59,077 bases of DNA from an uncultured Chromatiales bacterium (GCA_964388175.1 CAYLYS010000002.1:33424-92500); one strand, 5' to 3'; positions 1 through 11,067 are shown, counted from the stretch's first letter. Numbers and translations: made by a program. Notes: generated by a model not told the origin, from the sequence alone.

Positions 1-2217
1 CTTGCCGATGTCGTGCACGTCGCCCTTCACCGTCGCCAGCACCAGTATCCCTTTCTCGCCGCCTTCGAGGCGCTCCATATGGGGTTCGAGGAAGGCGACC
101 GCGGCCTTCATCGTTTCCGCCGATTGCAGCACGAAGGGCAGCTGCATCTGCCCGGCGCCGAACAGTTCGCCGACCACCTTCATGCCGTCGAGCAGCAGCT
201 CATTGATGATGTCGAGCGGCGCGTAGGTTTCCATCGCCGTGCGCAGATCATCATCGAGACCCTGGCGGTCGCCGTCGATGATGCGCTGCTTGAGCGCTTC
301 TTCTATGGTCGCGGGCCGCGCCTTGATCTCGCCCGCCGCTTTGACGTCCTTGAACAGATCGACGAAATGCAGCAGGGGATCGCGGCCGTCGCGCCAGTTG
401 TTGAAGATCAGATCTTCGGCCGCGATGCGATGCGCCTCATCGATGCGGTGCAGCGGCATGATCTTGGAAACGTGGATGATCGCCGCGGTCATACCGCGCT
501 GCTGGGCGTGGTGCAGAAAGACCGAATTGAGCACGTGACGCGCCGCCGGCGCCAGGCCGAATGAAATATTCGACAGGCCGAGCAGGATCTGGCAGCGCGG
601 CAGTTCGCGCGCGATCGCCTCGATCGCGTTCAGCGTATTGACGCCGTGCTCGCGATCATCGTTCATGCCGGTGCAGATGGTGAATGTCAGCGGATCGAAC
701 ATCAGATCCTCCGACGCCAGCCCGTACTGATTGACCGCGAAGTCATGCAGGCGATGGGCGATTTCGAGCTTTCTCTCGACGCTCTTCGCCATGCCCTCCT
801 CGTCGATGGTCAGCGCCACCACGGCGGCACCGAAGCGCCGGGCATAGGACAGAATGGTCGCCGCTTTCTCCTCGCCGTCCTCGAAATTGATCGAATTGAT
901 GATGCTCTTGCCGCCGATCATCTTCAGCGCCGCCTCGAGCACCGGCGTTTCGGTGGAATCGATCACCAGCGGCACGGTGATCTGGCCGCGGTAACGCGAA
1001 ATCACCTGGCACATGTCCACCGCCTCGGGCCTGCCGACATAGGCGACACAGACGTCGATGGCATGGGAACCTTCCTTGACCTGCTCGCGCCCGATGGCGG
1101 TAAGCCCGTCCCAATCCTCGACCGCGAGCAGCTCGCGGAACTTCTTCGAACCGTTGGCGTTGGAACGCTCGCCGACGGCGAATACCGCGTTCTCCTGGCG
1201 CAAGGGCACGCTGGTATACAGCGAGGTGACCGCCGGCAGCAGCGTCACCTCACGCCCGCGCGGCGCCGGATCGGGGCGCGCATCGATCATCTCGCGCAGC
1301 CGCGCGATGTGCGCCGGCGTCGTCCCGCAACAGCCGCCGATCAGGCTGACGCCGTCTTCCTCGATGAAGCGCTGCTGCCAGTCGGCGAGTTCCTCCGGAC
1401 CGAGCGGATATTCGGTCTTGCCGTCGACCAGCATCGGCAAACCGGCATTGGGCATCACCGAAATGAGGCCGGGCCAGTTCTCGCCGAGATAGCGCACGTG
1501 CTCGGCCATCTCCGAAGGTCCGGTGGCGCAATTGAGGCCGATCGCGTCCACCTTCATGGCGGCGAGCGCGGTCACCGCGCACGCCATGTCGGAGCCGACC
1601 AGCATGGTGCCCGTGGTTTCGATGGTGACCTGGGCGAAGATCGGCACGTCCTCGCGACCCTGCTCGCGCGCGGCGCGGCGGCAGGCGCTGATCGCCGCCT
1701 TCATGGTGAGCAGATCCTGATTGGTTTCGAGCAGGAGAACATCGACACCGCCGTCGAGCAGGCCGCGCACCTGTTCGTAATAGGAGTCTTCGAGCATGTC
1801 GAAACCGATGTGACCGAGGCTCGGCAGCTTGGTGCCAGGCCCGATCGAGCCGATGACGTAGCGCGGCCATTCGGGTGTGGCGAACTCGGCCGCCGCTTCG
1901 CGCGCGAGTTCGGCGGCGAGGCGGTTGAGTTCATAGGTCTGTTCGACCAGATCGAATTCGGCGAAGACCACCTTGTTGGCGCCGAAGGTGTTGGTTTCCA
2001 CGCAATCGGCGCCGGCGGCGAAATAAGCCCGGTGCATGCCACGCACGAAATCCGGCCGTGTCCGGCACAGGATTTCAGAGCAGTTTTCCAGACCGAGAAA
2101 ATCCCGATCGACGTCCCAGTCTTCGGCCTGGATCAGCGTGCCGGTACCGCCATCACAGAGCAGCACACGCCGGCGCAGGCGATCGATGAAACGCTCCTGG
2201 TTCACAGCATCGTTCAC
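1..2217 (-). CDS. metH: Cobalamin-dependent methionine synthase, N-terminal 739 codons (3' end lies beyond the left edge)
   Basis: The minus-strand frame is open from the window edge to GTG at 2215-2217. My translation starts MNDAVNQERFIDRLRRRVLLCDGGTGT (homocysteine-binding domain) and reaches the edge at ...GILVLATVKGDVHDIGK (B12-binding DxHxxG motif). It is absent from the ORF track because its stop is off-window. The + ORF 646..2268 is its antisense shadow. Confidence 0.9.
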   Translation of the reverse strand, partial: MNDAVNQERFIDRLRRRVLLCDGGTGTLIQAEDWDVDRDFLGLENCSEILCRTRPDFVRGMHRAYFAAGADCVETNTFGANKVVFAEFDLVEQTYELNRLAAELAREAAAEFATPEWPRYVIGSIGPGTKLPSLGHIGFDMLEDSYYEQVRGLLDGGVDVLLLETNQDLLTMKAAISACRRAAREQGREDVPIFAQVTIETTGTMLVGSDMACAVTALAAMKVDAIGLNCATGPSEMAEHVRYLGENWPGLISVMPNAGLPMLVDGKTEYPLGPEELADWQQRFIEEDGVSLIGGCCGTTPAHIARLREMIDARPDPAPRGREVTLLPAVTSLYTSVPLRQENAVFAVGERSNANGSKKFRELLAVEDWDGLTAIGREQVKEGSHAIDVCVAYVGRPEAVDMCQVISRYRGQITVPLVIDSTETPVLEAALKMIGGKSIINSINFEDGEEKAATILSYARRFGAAVVALTIDEEGMAKSVERKLEIAHRLHDFAVNQYGLASEDLMFDPLTFTICTGMNDDREHGVNTLNAIEAIARELPRCQILLGLSNISFGLAPAARHVLNSVFLHHAQQRGMTAAIIHVSKIMPLHRIDEAHRIAAEDLIFNNWRDGRDPLLHFVDLFKDVKAAGEIKARPATIEEALKQRIIDGDRQGLDDDLRTAMETYAPLDIINELLLDGMKVVGELFGAGQMQLPFVLQSAETMKAAVAFLEPHMERLEGGEKGILVLATVKGDVHDIGK

Positions 2218-2336
2218 AGTATCTTTCCCCGCATCAGTCCCGGTATCGATCATGGGTATCGATCATGAGCCATGAATCAAACCTGTTATCATACCCGCAA
2301 AACGCGTGCCCCACATTGTCACGACCGCCTTTTTAC

Positions 2337-3215
2337 ATGCGAGCGACACTCATCAAGCTCTTCATGCGCTTTTGCGCCTTGCTGCCGCTGCGCGCCGCCC
2401 ATGCCGTCGGCGCCGGCGCCGGCAGCCTGCTGTCGATCCTGCCCAATCGCACGCACCGGGTGTCGCTGCGCAATCTCGAGCTCTGCCTCCCCGAACTGCC
2501 GGCGGATGAGCGGCGGCGCCTGGCCGCGCGCGCGCTGCGCGAAACCGGCAAGACCGCGGCCGAGACCGGCGCCCTGTGGCTGTGGCCGCGCGAGCGCGTA
2601 CTGCAACTGGTACGCGCCACCAGCGGCCGCGAAGCGCTAGATGCCGCCATCCGCGACGGCCGCGGCGCGATCATCATCACGCCGCACCTCGGCAGCTGGG
2701 AGATGGTCGGCCTGTACTGCTCGTCCCTGCAAACGCTGACCAGTCTCTACCGGCCGCCGCGCCTCGCCGCGCTCGATGACTTCATGCGCGCCGGCCGCGA
2801 ACATCTCGGCGCGCACCTGGTGCCGACCAATGCCGGCGGCGTCCGCCATCTCTACCGCGCGCTCGAACGCAATGAGATGGTGGGACTGCTGCCGGATCAG
2901 GAACCGGGCCAGGGCGGCGGCATCTTCGTTCCCTTTTTCGGCATTTCCGCCTATACCATGACCCTGCTCGCCCGTCTGGTGCAGAAAAGCGCGGCGCCGG
3001 TGTTCTTCACCTATGCCGAACGGTTGGAGCGCGGCGCCGGCTTCCATCTGCATTTCATCGCCGCGGGCGCGGATTTCGCCCACGGCTCGGCGGAAGACAT
3101 CAGCGCCGCGATGAACGCCGGCGTCGAAGCCTGCGTCAGGCGCATCCCCGAACAATACCAATGGGGCTACAAGCGCTTCCGCACCCGGCCCGAAGGCGAA
3201 GCGCGGTTCTACTGA
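2337..3215 (+). CDS. Late lipid A acyltransferase family protein (LpxL/LpxM/HtrB-like)
   Basis: Track ORF 2265..3215, with start taken at internal ATG 2337 (MRATLIKLF). It has the TPHLGSWE acyltransferase motif, LPDQEP, and the C-terminal PEQYQWGYKRFRTRP typical of this family. Confidence 0.75.
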   Translation: MRATLIKLFMRFCALLPLRAAHAVGAGAGSLLSILPNRTHRVSLRNLELCLPELPADERRRLAARALRETGKTAAETGALWLWPRERVLQLVRATSGREALDAAIRDGRGAIIITPHLGSWEMVGLYCSSLQTLTSLYRPPRLAALDDFMRAGREHLGAHLVPTNAGGVRHLYRALERNEMVGLLPDQEPGQGGGIFVPFFGISAYTMTLLARLVQKSAAPVFFTYAERLERGAGFHLHFIAAGADFAHGSAEDISAAMNAGVEACVRRIPEQYQWGYKRFRTRPEGEARFY

Positions 3216-3225
3216 ATCCGCCGCC

Positions 3226-3870
3226 TCAGGCGGATGCAGAATCTGGCTTGCGGGCGACGATCATGGCCTCATCGCGGAAACCCTGGCCGAGATCCCCGAT
3301 CCGCCCCTCTTCCCGATAGACCAGCAGTTGCAGGCCGGCGAACAGCGCCAGCAGCTCATTTTCCGCGAGGCGAAACTCGGGATTGCCCGGCCCGGCATCG
3401 GTAACGCGGCTGCGGGTGAAGGTCTGATAGAAAACGAGACCGCCCGGGCGCAGCGCGGCGATGATGTGCGGCATCAGCGTGCGGTCGAGGAAATGCGCGA
3501 CGACGATGACATCGCAGCTCTCCGGCGCGGGCGGCTGCAACAGCAGATCGCGCGCCTCGCTCTCCAGCGCCAGCCCCTGCTGCCGCGCATAGGCGGCGAC
3601 GCACTCGGCGGCGACCGCTGAAATATCCCAGGCGCGCGTGCGCAGACCGAGGCCGGCAAGCAGTACCGCGTTGCCGGCCAGACCGCAGGCGAGTTCCAGC
3701 GCGTCCCCCGCTGCCGGCAGCAGATGGCGATTCTCCGCCAGCACCCGGCTCGGCGCGCCGGGCATCCCCCCGGTCGTCCCACTACTCGTCCCACTACTCG
3801 TCCCAGCGCCCGTCCCGGTTTTGCCGCTGTAGATCGCATCCCATTTCGCACGCGTATCGTTACTCATCAT
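3226..3870 (-). CDS. Class I SAM-dependent methyltransferase with a Gly/Thr/Ser-rich N-terminal insert
   Basis: Track ORF of 214 aa. LELACGLAGNAVLLA resembles methyltransferase motif I, followed by DVIVVAHFL and LRPGGLVFY. The start ATG overlaps the trkH stop (ATGA). Confidence 0.7.
   Translation of the reverse strand: MMSNDTRAKWDAIYSGKTGTGAGTSSGTSSGTTGGMPGAPSRVLAENRHLLPAAGDALELACGLAGNAVLLAGLGLRTRAWDISAVAAECVAAYARQQGLALESEARDLLLQPPAPESCDVIVVAHFLDRTLMPHIIAALRPGGLVFYQTFTRSRVTDAGPGNPEFRLAENELLALFAGLQLLVYREEGRIGDLGQGFRDEAMIVARKPDSASA
3775..3816. repeat. 12-bp tandem repeat (GTCCCACTACTC x2 perfect, then 2 degenerate copies)
   Basis: Read directly: gtcccactactc gtcccactactc gtcccagcgccc gtcccggttttg. 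On the minus strand it encodes the GTSSGTSSGT stretch of the methyltransferase. Confidence 0.9.
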
Positions 3871-5309
3871 TTTCTCCAGAATTCAGGCATCAGCAGTATG
3901 AGCAGGGTAAACACTTCCAGCCGGCCAATCAGCATCGCCACGCACAAGGTCCACTTGGCGAAATCACCGAGGCCGGCATAGCCGTGCGCCACTGCGCCCA
4001 GCCCCGGCCCCAGATTGTTCATGCAGGCGGCGACGGCGGAGAACGCCGTCACCGGATCGAGGCCGGCCATCGCCAGCATGATCGTCATGAGGCAGAAACA
4101 GCTCATGTAGAGCGCGAAAAATCCCCACACCGAATCGATCACATCGGGCGCCATATGCCGGTTGCCGATCTTGACGGAAAAAACGCCGTCGGGGTGAATG
4201 AGACGGCGGATCTCGCGCGCGCCCTGTTTGAGCAGAAGCAGCACGCGCACCACCTTGAGGCCGCCGCCGGTCGATCCCGCGCAGCCGCCGATGAAGCTCG
4301 CCATGATCAGCAGCACCGGCAGGAACAGCGGCCAGGACTGGTAGGGCACGGTGGAAAACCCGGCCGTCGTGCTGATCGATACCGCCTGGAACACGCCATG
4401 ACGCGCGGCGCCATCGATGTCTTCGACTCCGGTCAGGTAAAGACTCAGCGACACGATGACGATCATGGCGGCGATCGCGACGCCATAGGCGCGCAGCTCC
4501 GCATTCTCGCGGTAGGGCTGCATGCTCGCCCGGCGCCAGGCGAGGAAGTGCAGGATGTAATTGGTTCCGGCCAGCAGCATGAAGATCACCGCCACGCCCT
4601 CGATCGCGGCGCTGTCGAAATAGGCGAAGTTGGCGTCGTGGCTGGAGAAGCCGCCGAGCGCGAGCGTCGACATGGCATGACCGACGGCATCGAAGACAGT
4701 CATGCCCACCAGCCAGTACAGCAGCGCGCAGACCACGGTCAGACCGAGGTAGATGTACGACAGGGCGCGCGCGCTCTCGATGATGCGCGGCGTCAGCTTG
4801 TTGAACTTCATCGGCCCCGGCGTCATCGCGCGGTATATCTGCATGCCGCCGATACCGAGCATGGGCAGCACCGCGACCGCGAGAACGATGATGCCCATGC
4901 CCCCCAGCCACTGCAGTTGATGGCGGTAGAACAGCGTCGAGCGCGGCAGATCGTCGAGCCCGTCGATGACGGTCGCGCCGGTCGTGGTCAGGCCGGAAAC
5001 GGACTCGAACACCGCATCGACGGGCGCGAGGCCCGGACTGAACAGAAAAGGAACGGCGCCGCACAGCGATACGCTGCCCCACATCACGGCGACGAGCAGG
5101 AAGCCGTCGCGCAGGCGCAGATCATCACGCCGCGCCCGCACCGGCAGCCACAGCGCAGCCCCAAGCGCGAGCAGCGCGGCGCACATCGACAGAAAGACCT
5201 GCAGTGTCGCTTCGTCGTAAATCCAGGCGACCAGCGCCGGCGCCAGCATGGACAGGCCGAACAGCGTCAGCAGCTCAGCCACTATGCGTTGGATCGAACG
5301 CAGCCGCAT
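3867..5309 (-). CDS. trkH: Trk-type potassium uptake membrane subunit
   Basis: A 480-aa polytopic membrane protein with repeated MPM-like segments (GLTTTGATV, STTAGFST, GGCAGSTGGGLKV). It lies directly downstream of trkA. Confidence 0.9.
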   Translation of the reverse strand: MRLRSIQRIVAELLTLFGLSMLAPALVAWIYDEATLQVFLSMCAALLALGAALWLPVRARRDDLRLRDGFLLVAVMWGSVSLCGAVPFLFSPGLAPVDAVFESVSGLTTTGATVIDGLDDLPRSTLFYRHQLQWLGGMGIIVLAVAVLPMLGIGGMQIYRAMTPGPMKFNKLTPRIIESARALSYIYLGLTVVCALLYWLVGMTVFDAVGHAMSTLALGGFSSHDANFAYFDSAAIEGVAVIFMLLAGTNYILHFLAWRRASMQPYRENAELRAYGVAIAAMIVIVSLSLYLTGVEDIDGAARHGVFQAVSISTTAGFSTVPYQSWPLFLPVLLIMASFIGGCAGSTGGGLKVVRVLLLLKQGAREIRRLIHPDGVFSVKIGNRHMAPDVIDSVWGFFALYMSCFCLMTIMLAMAGLDPVTAFSAVAACMNNLGPGLGAVAHGYAGLGDFAKWTLCVAMLIGRLEVFTLLILLMPEFWRK

Positions 5310-5384
5310 GCATTCACTCCACGCTCAAAGTCCTGATCACGGGATCCGCCATCACGAGCGCCGCAGTCATGACAGCGGCGGCGG

Positions 5385-6761
5385 TCAGAAGAAAGTCGCG
5401 CCGACCTGGAACAGGCGTTCCACCTCGGCGATGCGCTTCTTGTCGACCACGAACAGAATGACGTGATCCTCGGCCTCGATGACCGTGTCGTGATGCGCCA
5501 TGATGACCTCATCGCCGCCGCGCACGATCGCACCGATGGTGGTGCCGGGCGGCAACTTGATGTGCTCGATGGCGCGGCCGACGACTCTGGACGATTTGGT
5601 ATCGCCATGCGCCACCGCCTCGATCGCCTCGGCGGCGCCGCGACGCAGCGAATGCACCATCACCACGTCGCCGCGCCGCACGTGGGCCAGCAGCCGGCCG
5701 ATGGTCGACAGATAGGGCGATATCGCGATATCGATGGTTCCGCTTTCGACCAGATCGATGTAGGCGGCGCGGTTGATCAGCGAGATCACCTTGCGCGCGC
5801 CGAGGCGCTTGGCCAGCATCGCGGAAAGAATGTTGGCCTCGTCGTCGTTGGTGACGGCGCAGAACACGTCGGTGTTCTCGATGTTCTCCTCCAGCAGCAG
5901 CTCTTCGTCGGCGGCGTCTCCGAGCAGGACCAGGCTGCGATCGAGCTCCTGCGACACATGCTGCACGCGCTCGGAATTGTGCTCGATCACCTTGACCTGG
6001 TAGCGCTGCTCCAGCGCCGCCGCCAGGCCGTAGCCGATATTGCCGCCGCCGGCGAGGATGATGCGCTTGACCTCCTTGTCGAGCCGGCGCATTTCACCCA
6101 TGACGGCGCGGATATCGCCGGTGGCGACGATGAAGAACACCTCGTCGTCCACCTCGATGACGGTATCGCCCTGCGGAATGATCGGCGCGCCGCGGCGGAA
6201 GATGGCGGCGACGCGGGTCTTGATCTCCGGCATGTGCTTGCCGAGTTCGCGCAGCTCATGACCGACCAGCGGCCCATCGTAATAGGCCCGGATGGCGACC
6301 AGCTGCACCTTGCCGCCGGCGAAATCGAGTACCTGCAGCGCGCCGGAGTATTCGATGAGGCGCTGCAGCTGATCGATCACCAGCTGCTCCGGGCTGATCA
6401 GCACGTCGACCGGCAGTGCGCCCTGGCCGAAGAGCTGCGGCGAACGCAGATAGTCGCGGGCGCGGATACGGGCGATCTTGATCGGCGTATGGAACAGCGT
6501 GAACGCGACCTGGCAGGCAATCATGTTCGTTTCGTCGCTGCTGGTCACCGCGATCATCATGTCGGCGTCCTCGGCGCCGGCACGGCGCAGCACGTCGGGA
6601 TGAGAAGCGGCGCCAAGCACGGTGCGCAGATCGAAGCGCTCCTGCAGATCGTGCAGACGCCGCGGATCGTGATCGATCACCGTGACGTCGTTGTCCTCAC
6701 GGGACAGATTCTCCGCCACCGAAGCGCCGACCTGGCCGGCGCCGAGCACGATGATTTTCAT
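5385..6761 (-). CDS. trkA: Trk system NAD-binding peripheral subunit
   Basis: 458 aa with two RCK-N Rossmann repeats ([19 protein letters not shown] and [17 protein letters not shown]), the classic TrkA architecture. Confidence 0.92.
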   Translation of the reverse strand: MKIIVLGAGQVGASVAENLSREDNDVTVIDHDPRRLHDLQERFDLRTVLGAASHPDVLRRAGAEDADMMIAVTSSDETNMIACQVAFTLFHTPIKIARIRARDYLRSPQLFGQGALPVDVLISPEQLVIDQLQRLIEYSGALQVLDFAGGKVQLVAIRAYYDGPLVGHELRELGKHMPEIKTRVAAIFRRGAPIIPQGDTVIEVDDEVFFIVATGDIRAVMGEMRRLDKEVKRIILAGGGNIGYGLAAALEQRYQVKVIEHNSERVQHVSQELDRSLVLLGDAADEELLLEENIENTDVFCAVTNDDEANILSAMLAKRLGARKVISLINRAAYIDLVESGTIDIAISPYLSTIGRLLAHVRRGDVVMVHSLRRGAAEAIEAVAHGDTKSSRVVGRAIEHIKLPPGTTIGAIVRGGDEVIMAHHDTVIEAEDHVILFVVDKKRIAEVERLFQVGATFF

Positions 6762-6784
6762 GATGCGTCCAATCCGCCGGTGTT

Positions 6785-8137
6785 CTAGTCGTGCTTGGGC
6801 TTTATGCCCAGCATGCGCAGCTTGCGGTAGAGATGAGTGCGCTCGATGCCGGCGCGATTGGCGACGTCGGCAATGTTGCCGCCGACCATGCTCATCTGGT
6901 ATTCGAAGTAGGCGCGCTCGAACTCGGCGCGCGCCGTGCGCAGCGGCGCATCGAAGCTCACCGGCAAACCGGCGGCCTGACGGCTGCGCGCGCCGAGCGC
7001 ATGCTCCACCTCATCCAGCGATATTTCCTCGCCCGAACCCAGGATCAACAGGCGCTGCACCAGGTTCTTCAGTTCACGCACATTGCCGGGCCAGGAATGG
7101 GCGCAAAGGCGGTTCCTCGCCGCCGCCGAGAAACGGCGCTGCGGCAGCTTCTCGTTCTGCACGAACACATCGACGTAGTAATCGAGTATCTCCGGCACAT
7201 CTTCGCTGTGCTCGCGCAGCGGCGGCACGCGCACCGGCACGACGTTGAGCTGATAATAGAGATCCTCGCGAAACCGGCCCGCAGCGATGTATTCCTGCAG
7301 ATCGCGATGCGTGGCCGCGACCACGCGCGCGTCGAACTGTACCGGATCATGCCCGCCGACGCGGACAAAGGATTTGTTCTCCAGCGCTCCCAGCAGCTTG
7401 GCCTGCACCCCCGCGTCCATATCGGCCACTTCGCCGAGGAAGAGCGTGCCGCCATTGGCCTGCTCCAGATAACCGTAATGGATATTGCTGCCCTGCTCGG
7501 ATCCGAACAGCGCGCCCGCGGCATTCTCGCTGGCGATGGCGGCCACGCCGGCATCGACGAAGGGGCCATTGCTGCGCGCGCCGCTGAAATGCAGATAGCG
7601 CGCCAGCAGCTCCTTGCCGGCGCCGGGTTCGCCGCTGATCAGCACCCAGGCATTGTGACGGGCGATGCGCAGCGCCTGCGTGCGCAGTTCCTGCATGACC
7701 CTGCTGCCGCCGATCGGCTCGATCAGCGTATGCGCCTGGCGACGCAGATCGATGTTCTCGCGCTGCAGCTTGCCCACCTCGAGCGCGCGCTGCACGCTCA
7801 GCAGCAGCTTGGACAGCGACAGCGGTTTCTCGACGAAATCGTAGGCGCCGAGCCGGGTCGCCTCGACCGCCGTTTCCACCGTGCCGTGACCGGAAATCAT
7901 GATGACCGGGCTGTCGAAACCGCCCTGCTGCACCCATTCGCGCAGCAGCGTGACACCGTCGGTATCGGGCAACCACACGTCCATCAGCACCAGATCGGGA
8001 CGGCGCAGGCGGCGCGCCTGGCGCGCTTCCTCGGCGGTCTCCGCCACGCTGACTTCATAACCTTCATCCACCAGGATATCGCGCACCAGTTCGCGGATAT
8101 CCTTTTCGTCATCGATGACCAGAACATGGGCGCTCAT
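6785..8137 (-). CDS. ntrX: Response regulator with sigma54-type AAA+ domain and Fis-type HTH, NtrX-like
   Basis: It has a REC domain ([12 protein letters not shown]...[11 protein letters not shown]), a Walker A (GEPGAGKE) and a C-terminal HTH ([21 protein letters not shown]). GAFTGA is replaced by a divergent loop, as in NtrX. It overlaps ntrY by 4 nt. Confidence 0.8.
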   Translation of the reverse strand: MSAHVLVIDDEKDIRELVRDILVDEGYEVSVAETAEEARQARRLRRPDLVLMDVWLPDTDGVTLLREWVQQGGFDSPVIMISGHGTVETAVEATRLGAYDFVEKPLSLSKLLLSVQRALEVGKLQRENIDLRRQAHTLIEPIGGSRVMQELRTQALRIARHNAWVLISGEPGAGKELLARYLHFSGARSNGPFVDAGVAAIASENAAGALFGSEQGSNIHYGYLEQANGGTLFLGEVADMDAGVQAKLLGALENKSFVRVGGHDPVQFDARVVAATHRDLQEYIAAGRFREDLYYQLNVVPVRVPPLREHSEDVPEILDYYVDVFVQNEKLPQRRFSAAARNRLCAHSWPGNVRELKNLVQRLLILGSGEEISLDEVEHALGARSRQAAGLPVSFDAPLRTARAEFERAYFEYQMSMVGGNIADVANRAGIERTHLYRKLRMLGIKPKHD

Positions 8138-10440
8138 TTTTCCACCTGTCTGCCGTTATCCGTCAGCTTCGTTCTTCCCTCGCCAGCGATATTACCGGCG
8201 ATATCACCAGCCACATTGCCGGCCTGATGAACAGGCGCGGCAGGCGCCGCTTCGTCCTTCGGCGCCGCATCACAAGGGAAACGCATCACGATCACCGCCC
8301 CGCCTTCGGGCGCACTCTCGGCCCAGACACTGCCGCCGTGCTCCTCGACGATCTTCTTGACGATCGCCAGCCCGAGACCACTGCCCTTGCGCTTGGTGGT
8401 GATGTAGGGCTCGAAGGAGCGGCCCAGCATATCGGCAGGCAGTCCGGGCCCGTTGTCCTGCACGCGCATTTCCGCGACCCGCTCTCCTTCCGGGCCGAGC
8501 AGCGCGGTCTGGATGGTGATGACGAAATCCTGATCGGCCGGCGCCGCCTCGATCGCGTTCTTGAGCAGATTGTGCAGCAACTGGCGCATGCGGCCCGGAT
8601 CGACGCGCAGCCTGGGCAGCGCGGCATCGAAGCGGGTGACGAAATGCCTGCGACTCGCTTCCTCGCGGTAAAGATCGAGCACTTCGTTGATCAGGGTGTG
8701 CAGATCGAGCCACTGCGGACGCAGCTGGGGCGTGCGCGCGTACTCGGAGAACGCCTTCACCATTTCCTCCATCACTTCCACCTGCTGCACGATGGTGTGC
8801 GTCGAGCGGTCGAGAATTTCGGCATCGCCGGGCTCCATGCCATGCAGATACTTGTGACGCAGGCGCTCGGCGGAGAGGCGTATCGGCGTCAGCGGATTCT
8901 TGATCTCATGCGCGAGCCGGCGCGCCACCTCGCCCCAGGCGGCGTCGCGCTGTACCTGCACCAGCGCCGTCACATCCTCGAACACCAGCACGTTACCGCC
9001 GTGCTGATGCTCATCGCCGGCGAGCGAGGCGCCGCCACACATGAGTATGCGCCGTCCGGAAGCAGCATGGATGACGATTTCCTCGCGCCAGTCTTCCGCT
9101 TCGGCCAGATGCGGACGGATGGCGTCGACGAACTGCGCCAGGTATTCATGGTCGTTGCCGATGCTCACCAGCGGTTTGCCCACGTAGTTTCTCAAATCAG
9201 CGCCGAGGATCTGGCCGGCGGCGTGATTGGTTGTCCGGATCACCCGCCGCCGGTCGAGCGTGATGACGCCCGAAGAAAGGCGCCCGAGCACCGCGCGCAA
9301 GTAGGCGCGCTCGCCCTCGGCCTGGCGCTGGCTGAGCTGCGCCTCGTCGCGCGCCTGGGCCAGCCGGCGCGTCATCTCGTTGAAGGACTGCACCAGGAAA
9401 CCCATCTCATCGTTGGAATAGTGCGGCAGCTGGCGATCGTAATTGCCGGAAGCAACCGCCCGCGTGCCGACGGCGAGCACCCGGATCGGCGCCACCAGCC
9501 GCCGCGCCGAGAAAAAGGCCGCCCACACTGCCAGCAGCAGGCTGAGCAGGAGCACCAGCGACAGCGTCAGCACAAAGCTGCTTTTCAGCGGTCCGCGCAG
9601 ATAGGCGAGCTGCTGATAGCGGCTGGTCGCCTCCTCGACGCTGGCGGCCAGCGCGTTCATATGGCCCGACACCGGATACAGCGCCTGCAGCAGGCGCGGA
9701 TCCTCGGTCGGACTCGATAGCGGCAGCTCGATGAGGATGCGGATATACAGATCGAAGTTGCCGACCGGATCCAGGCCGACGTAGTTGGTGCCCTGCCTGA
9801 CCTGGCGCATGATCACTTCCGACGGCAGATGCGGCAGTATCGCCAGCGGATTCGCACTGCTGAAAGCGATGATGTGCCCGCTGGCGCCGATCAGGGTCAG
9901 CTCATAGACATCGCTCTGCGCTCTCATGTCGTTGAGCACGATCGCCGCCTGGTTGCCGGGCAGAAAGGAAAGCGCGCCGCCGATCTGATGGGTGCGCCGC
10001 AGATAGTCGCGCTTGCGTTCGTCGAGCGAGATCCGGCTCAGTTCGAGCGCATCGTCGAAGGCACGCTCGAACTGCACGTCGAACCAGCTGTCGACGCCGC
10101 GGGCGATGAAATCGAGCGAGAAATAATAAACCACCGCACCCGGCATGAGCGCCAGCGTGATGAAGATCGCCAGCAACCGCGCCGTGAGGCGCGAGCCGAC
10201 GACACCGGCACGGTATTGCCGCACCAGACGCGCCAGATTGGCCACGATCAGCACCATCAGCGTGATCAGACCGATCACGTTGAGCACGAGCAGGGAAATG
10301 TACAGGCGGCTGAAGTCGTCGGAATTGCGTGTCGCCGCGCCCATCAGATAGAGCGACACCAGCAGCAGCACCGACAGCGCCAGGATCGGCAGGATGCCGA
10401 TGGCCAGCCCGCGCGGATTCAGAAATGCCACTCGTGCCAC
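8134..10440 (-). CDS. ntrY: Membrane sensor histidine kinase (TM-HAMP-PAS-HisKA-HATPase), NtrY-like
   Basis: 768 aa with N-terminal TM helices, the H-box LAHEIKNPLTPI, N/G boxes (LLKNAIEA, DNGPGL, GSGLGLAIV), and position upstream of ntrX. Confidence 0.8.
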   Translation of the reverse strand: MARVAFLNPRGLAIGILPILALSVLLLVSLYLMGAATRNSDDFSRLYISLLVLNVIGLITLMVLIVANLARLVRQYRAGVVGSRLTARLLAIFITLALMPGAVVYYFSLDFIARGVDSWFDVQFERAFDDALELSRISLDERKRDYLRRTHQIGGALSFLPGNQAAIVLNDMRAQSDVYELTLIGASGHIIAFSSANPLAILPHLPSEVIMRQVRQGTNYVGLDPVGNFDLYIRILIELPLSSPTEDPRLLQALYPVSGHMNALAASVEEATSRYQQLAYLRGPLKSSFVLTLSLVLLLSLLLAVWAAFFSARRLVAPIRVLAVGTRAVASGNYDRQLPHYSNDEMGFLVQSFNEMTRRLAQARDEAQLSQRQAEGERAYLRAVLGRLSSGVITLDRRRVIRTTNHAAGQILGADLRNYVGKPLVSIGNDHEYLAQFVDAIRPHLAEAEDWREEIVIHAASGRRILMCGGASLAGDEHQHGGNVLVFEDVTALVQVQRDAAWGEVARRLAHEIKNPLTPIRLSAERLRHKYLHGMEPGDAEILDRSTHTIVQQVEVMEEMVKAFSEYARTPQLRPQWLDLHTLINEVLDLYREEASRRHFVTRFDAALPRLRVDPGRMRQLLHNLLKNAIEAAPADQDFVITIQTALLGPEGERVAEMRVQDNGPGLPADMLGRSFEPYITTKRKGSGLGLAIVKKIVEEHGGSVWAESAPEGGAVIVMRFPCDAAPKDEAAPAAPVHQAGNVAGDIAGNIAGEGRTKLTDNGRQVEK

Positions 10441-11057
10441 CCGCTGCCGAGCGCCCAGCCCGGACTCACCAGTGCGCGCAGACGCAGCGGAACCGGCAGC
10501 GCGTTGGTGTCTATACGCGCCTGCAGTCTGCCGCTGTAGACCCCGTTGCGATCGAGCAGGCCGGCATCGATCACCGGCAGATCGACGACGCGGCCGAGTC
10601 CGGCGATCGCGGCCTGCAGTGTGGGATAGGCGGTCTGGGTGCCGATATTGATGTTGCGGATCACGTACTGGCGGGTAAGCGCGTGGTAATCGAGTTCATA
10701 GCGCTGCTGCAGCGTGGTCACCGTCTCGTCCCAGAGATAGGATCGTTCGCGCAGGATTTCGATTTCGAGCAGGATCGGCAGCACGATGCCGCGGTCCAGC
10801 GCTTCCAGCAGTTGCCGGCCCAGGCGGTAATCGATGCCGGCGTCGAGATAATAGACATCGTCCTTGAGCGCGACCTGCACGCCATCGATGTCGATGCCGG
10901 CGGCAGTGCCGGTATGGGCATCGCCGTCGGTGACAACGCCGGTATCGACCATGCCGGCATCCGGCGGAAACTCTTCCTGGGCGTACGCGGCGCCGGCCCA
11001 TGCCGTCGACAGGCACATCACGAGCAGGCCGATCTGCGCGGCATGCGCCAGCGTCAT
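10419..11057 (-). CDS. Secreted protein of unknown function in the rsmB-ntrY gap (DUF4390-like by position)
   Basis: Track ORF 10419..11192, with start moved to ATG 11057 (MTLAHAAQIGLLVMCLSTAWAGAAYA, signal-peptide-like). This start sits just after the rsmB stop at 11068. The family name is inferred from the conserved rsmB-X-ntrY synteny only. Confidence 0.55.
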   Translation of the reverse strand: MTLAHAAQIGLLVMCLSTAWAGAAYAQEEFPPDAGMVDTGVVTDGDAHTGTAAGIDIDGVQVALKDDVYYLDAGIDYRLGRQLLEALDRGIVLPILLEIEILRERSYLWDETVTTLQQRYELDYHALTRQYVIRNINIGTQTAYPTLQAAIAGLGRVVDLPVIDAGLLDRNGVYSGRLQARIDTNALPVPLRLRALVSPGWALGSGWHEWHF

Positions 11058-11067
11058 GACGGAAATC

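Noticed and set aside
646-2268. 540-aa + strand ORF, the longest track ORF at the left end
   Set aside because: It lies antisense to a clearly recognisable metH frame. Its composition is Arg/Ala/Gly/His-rich and motif-free, which marks it as a typical GC-rich shadow ORF.
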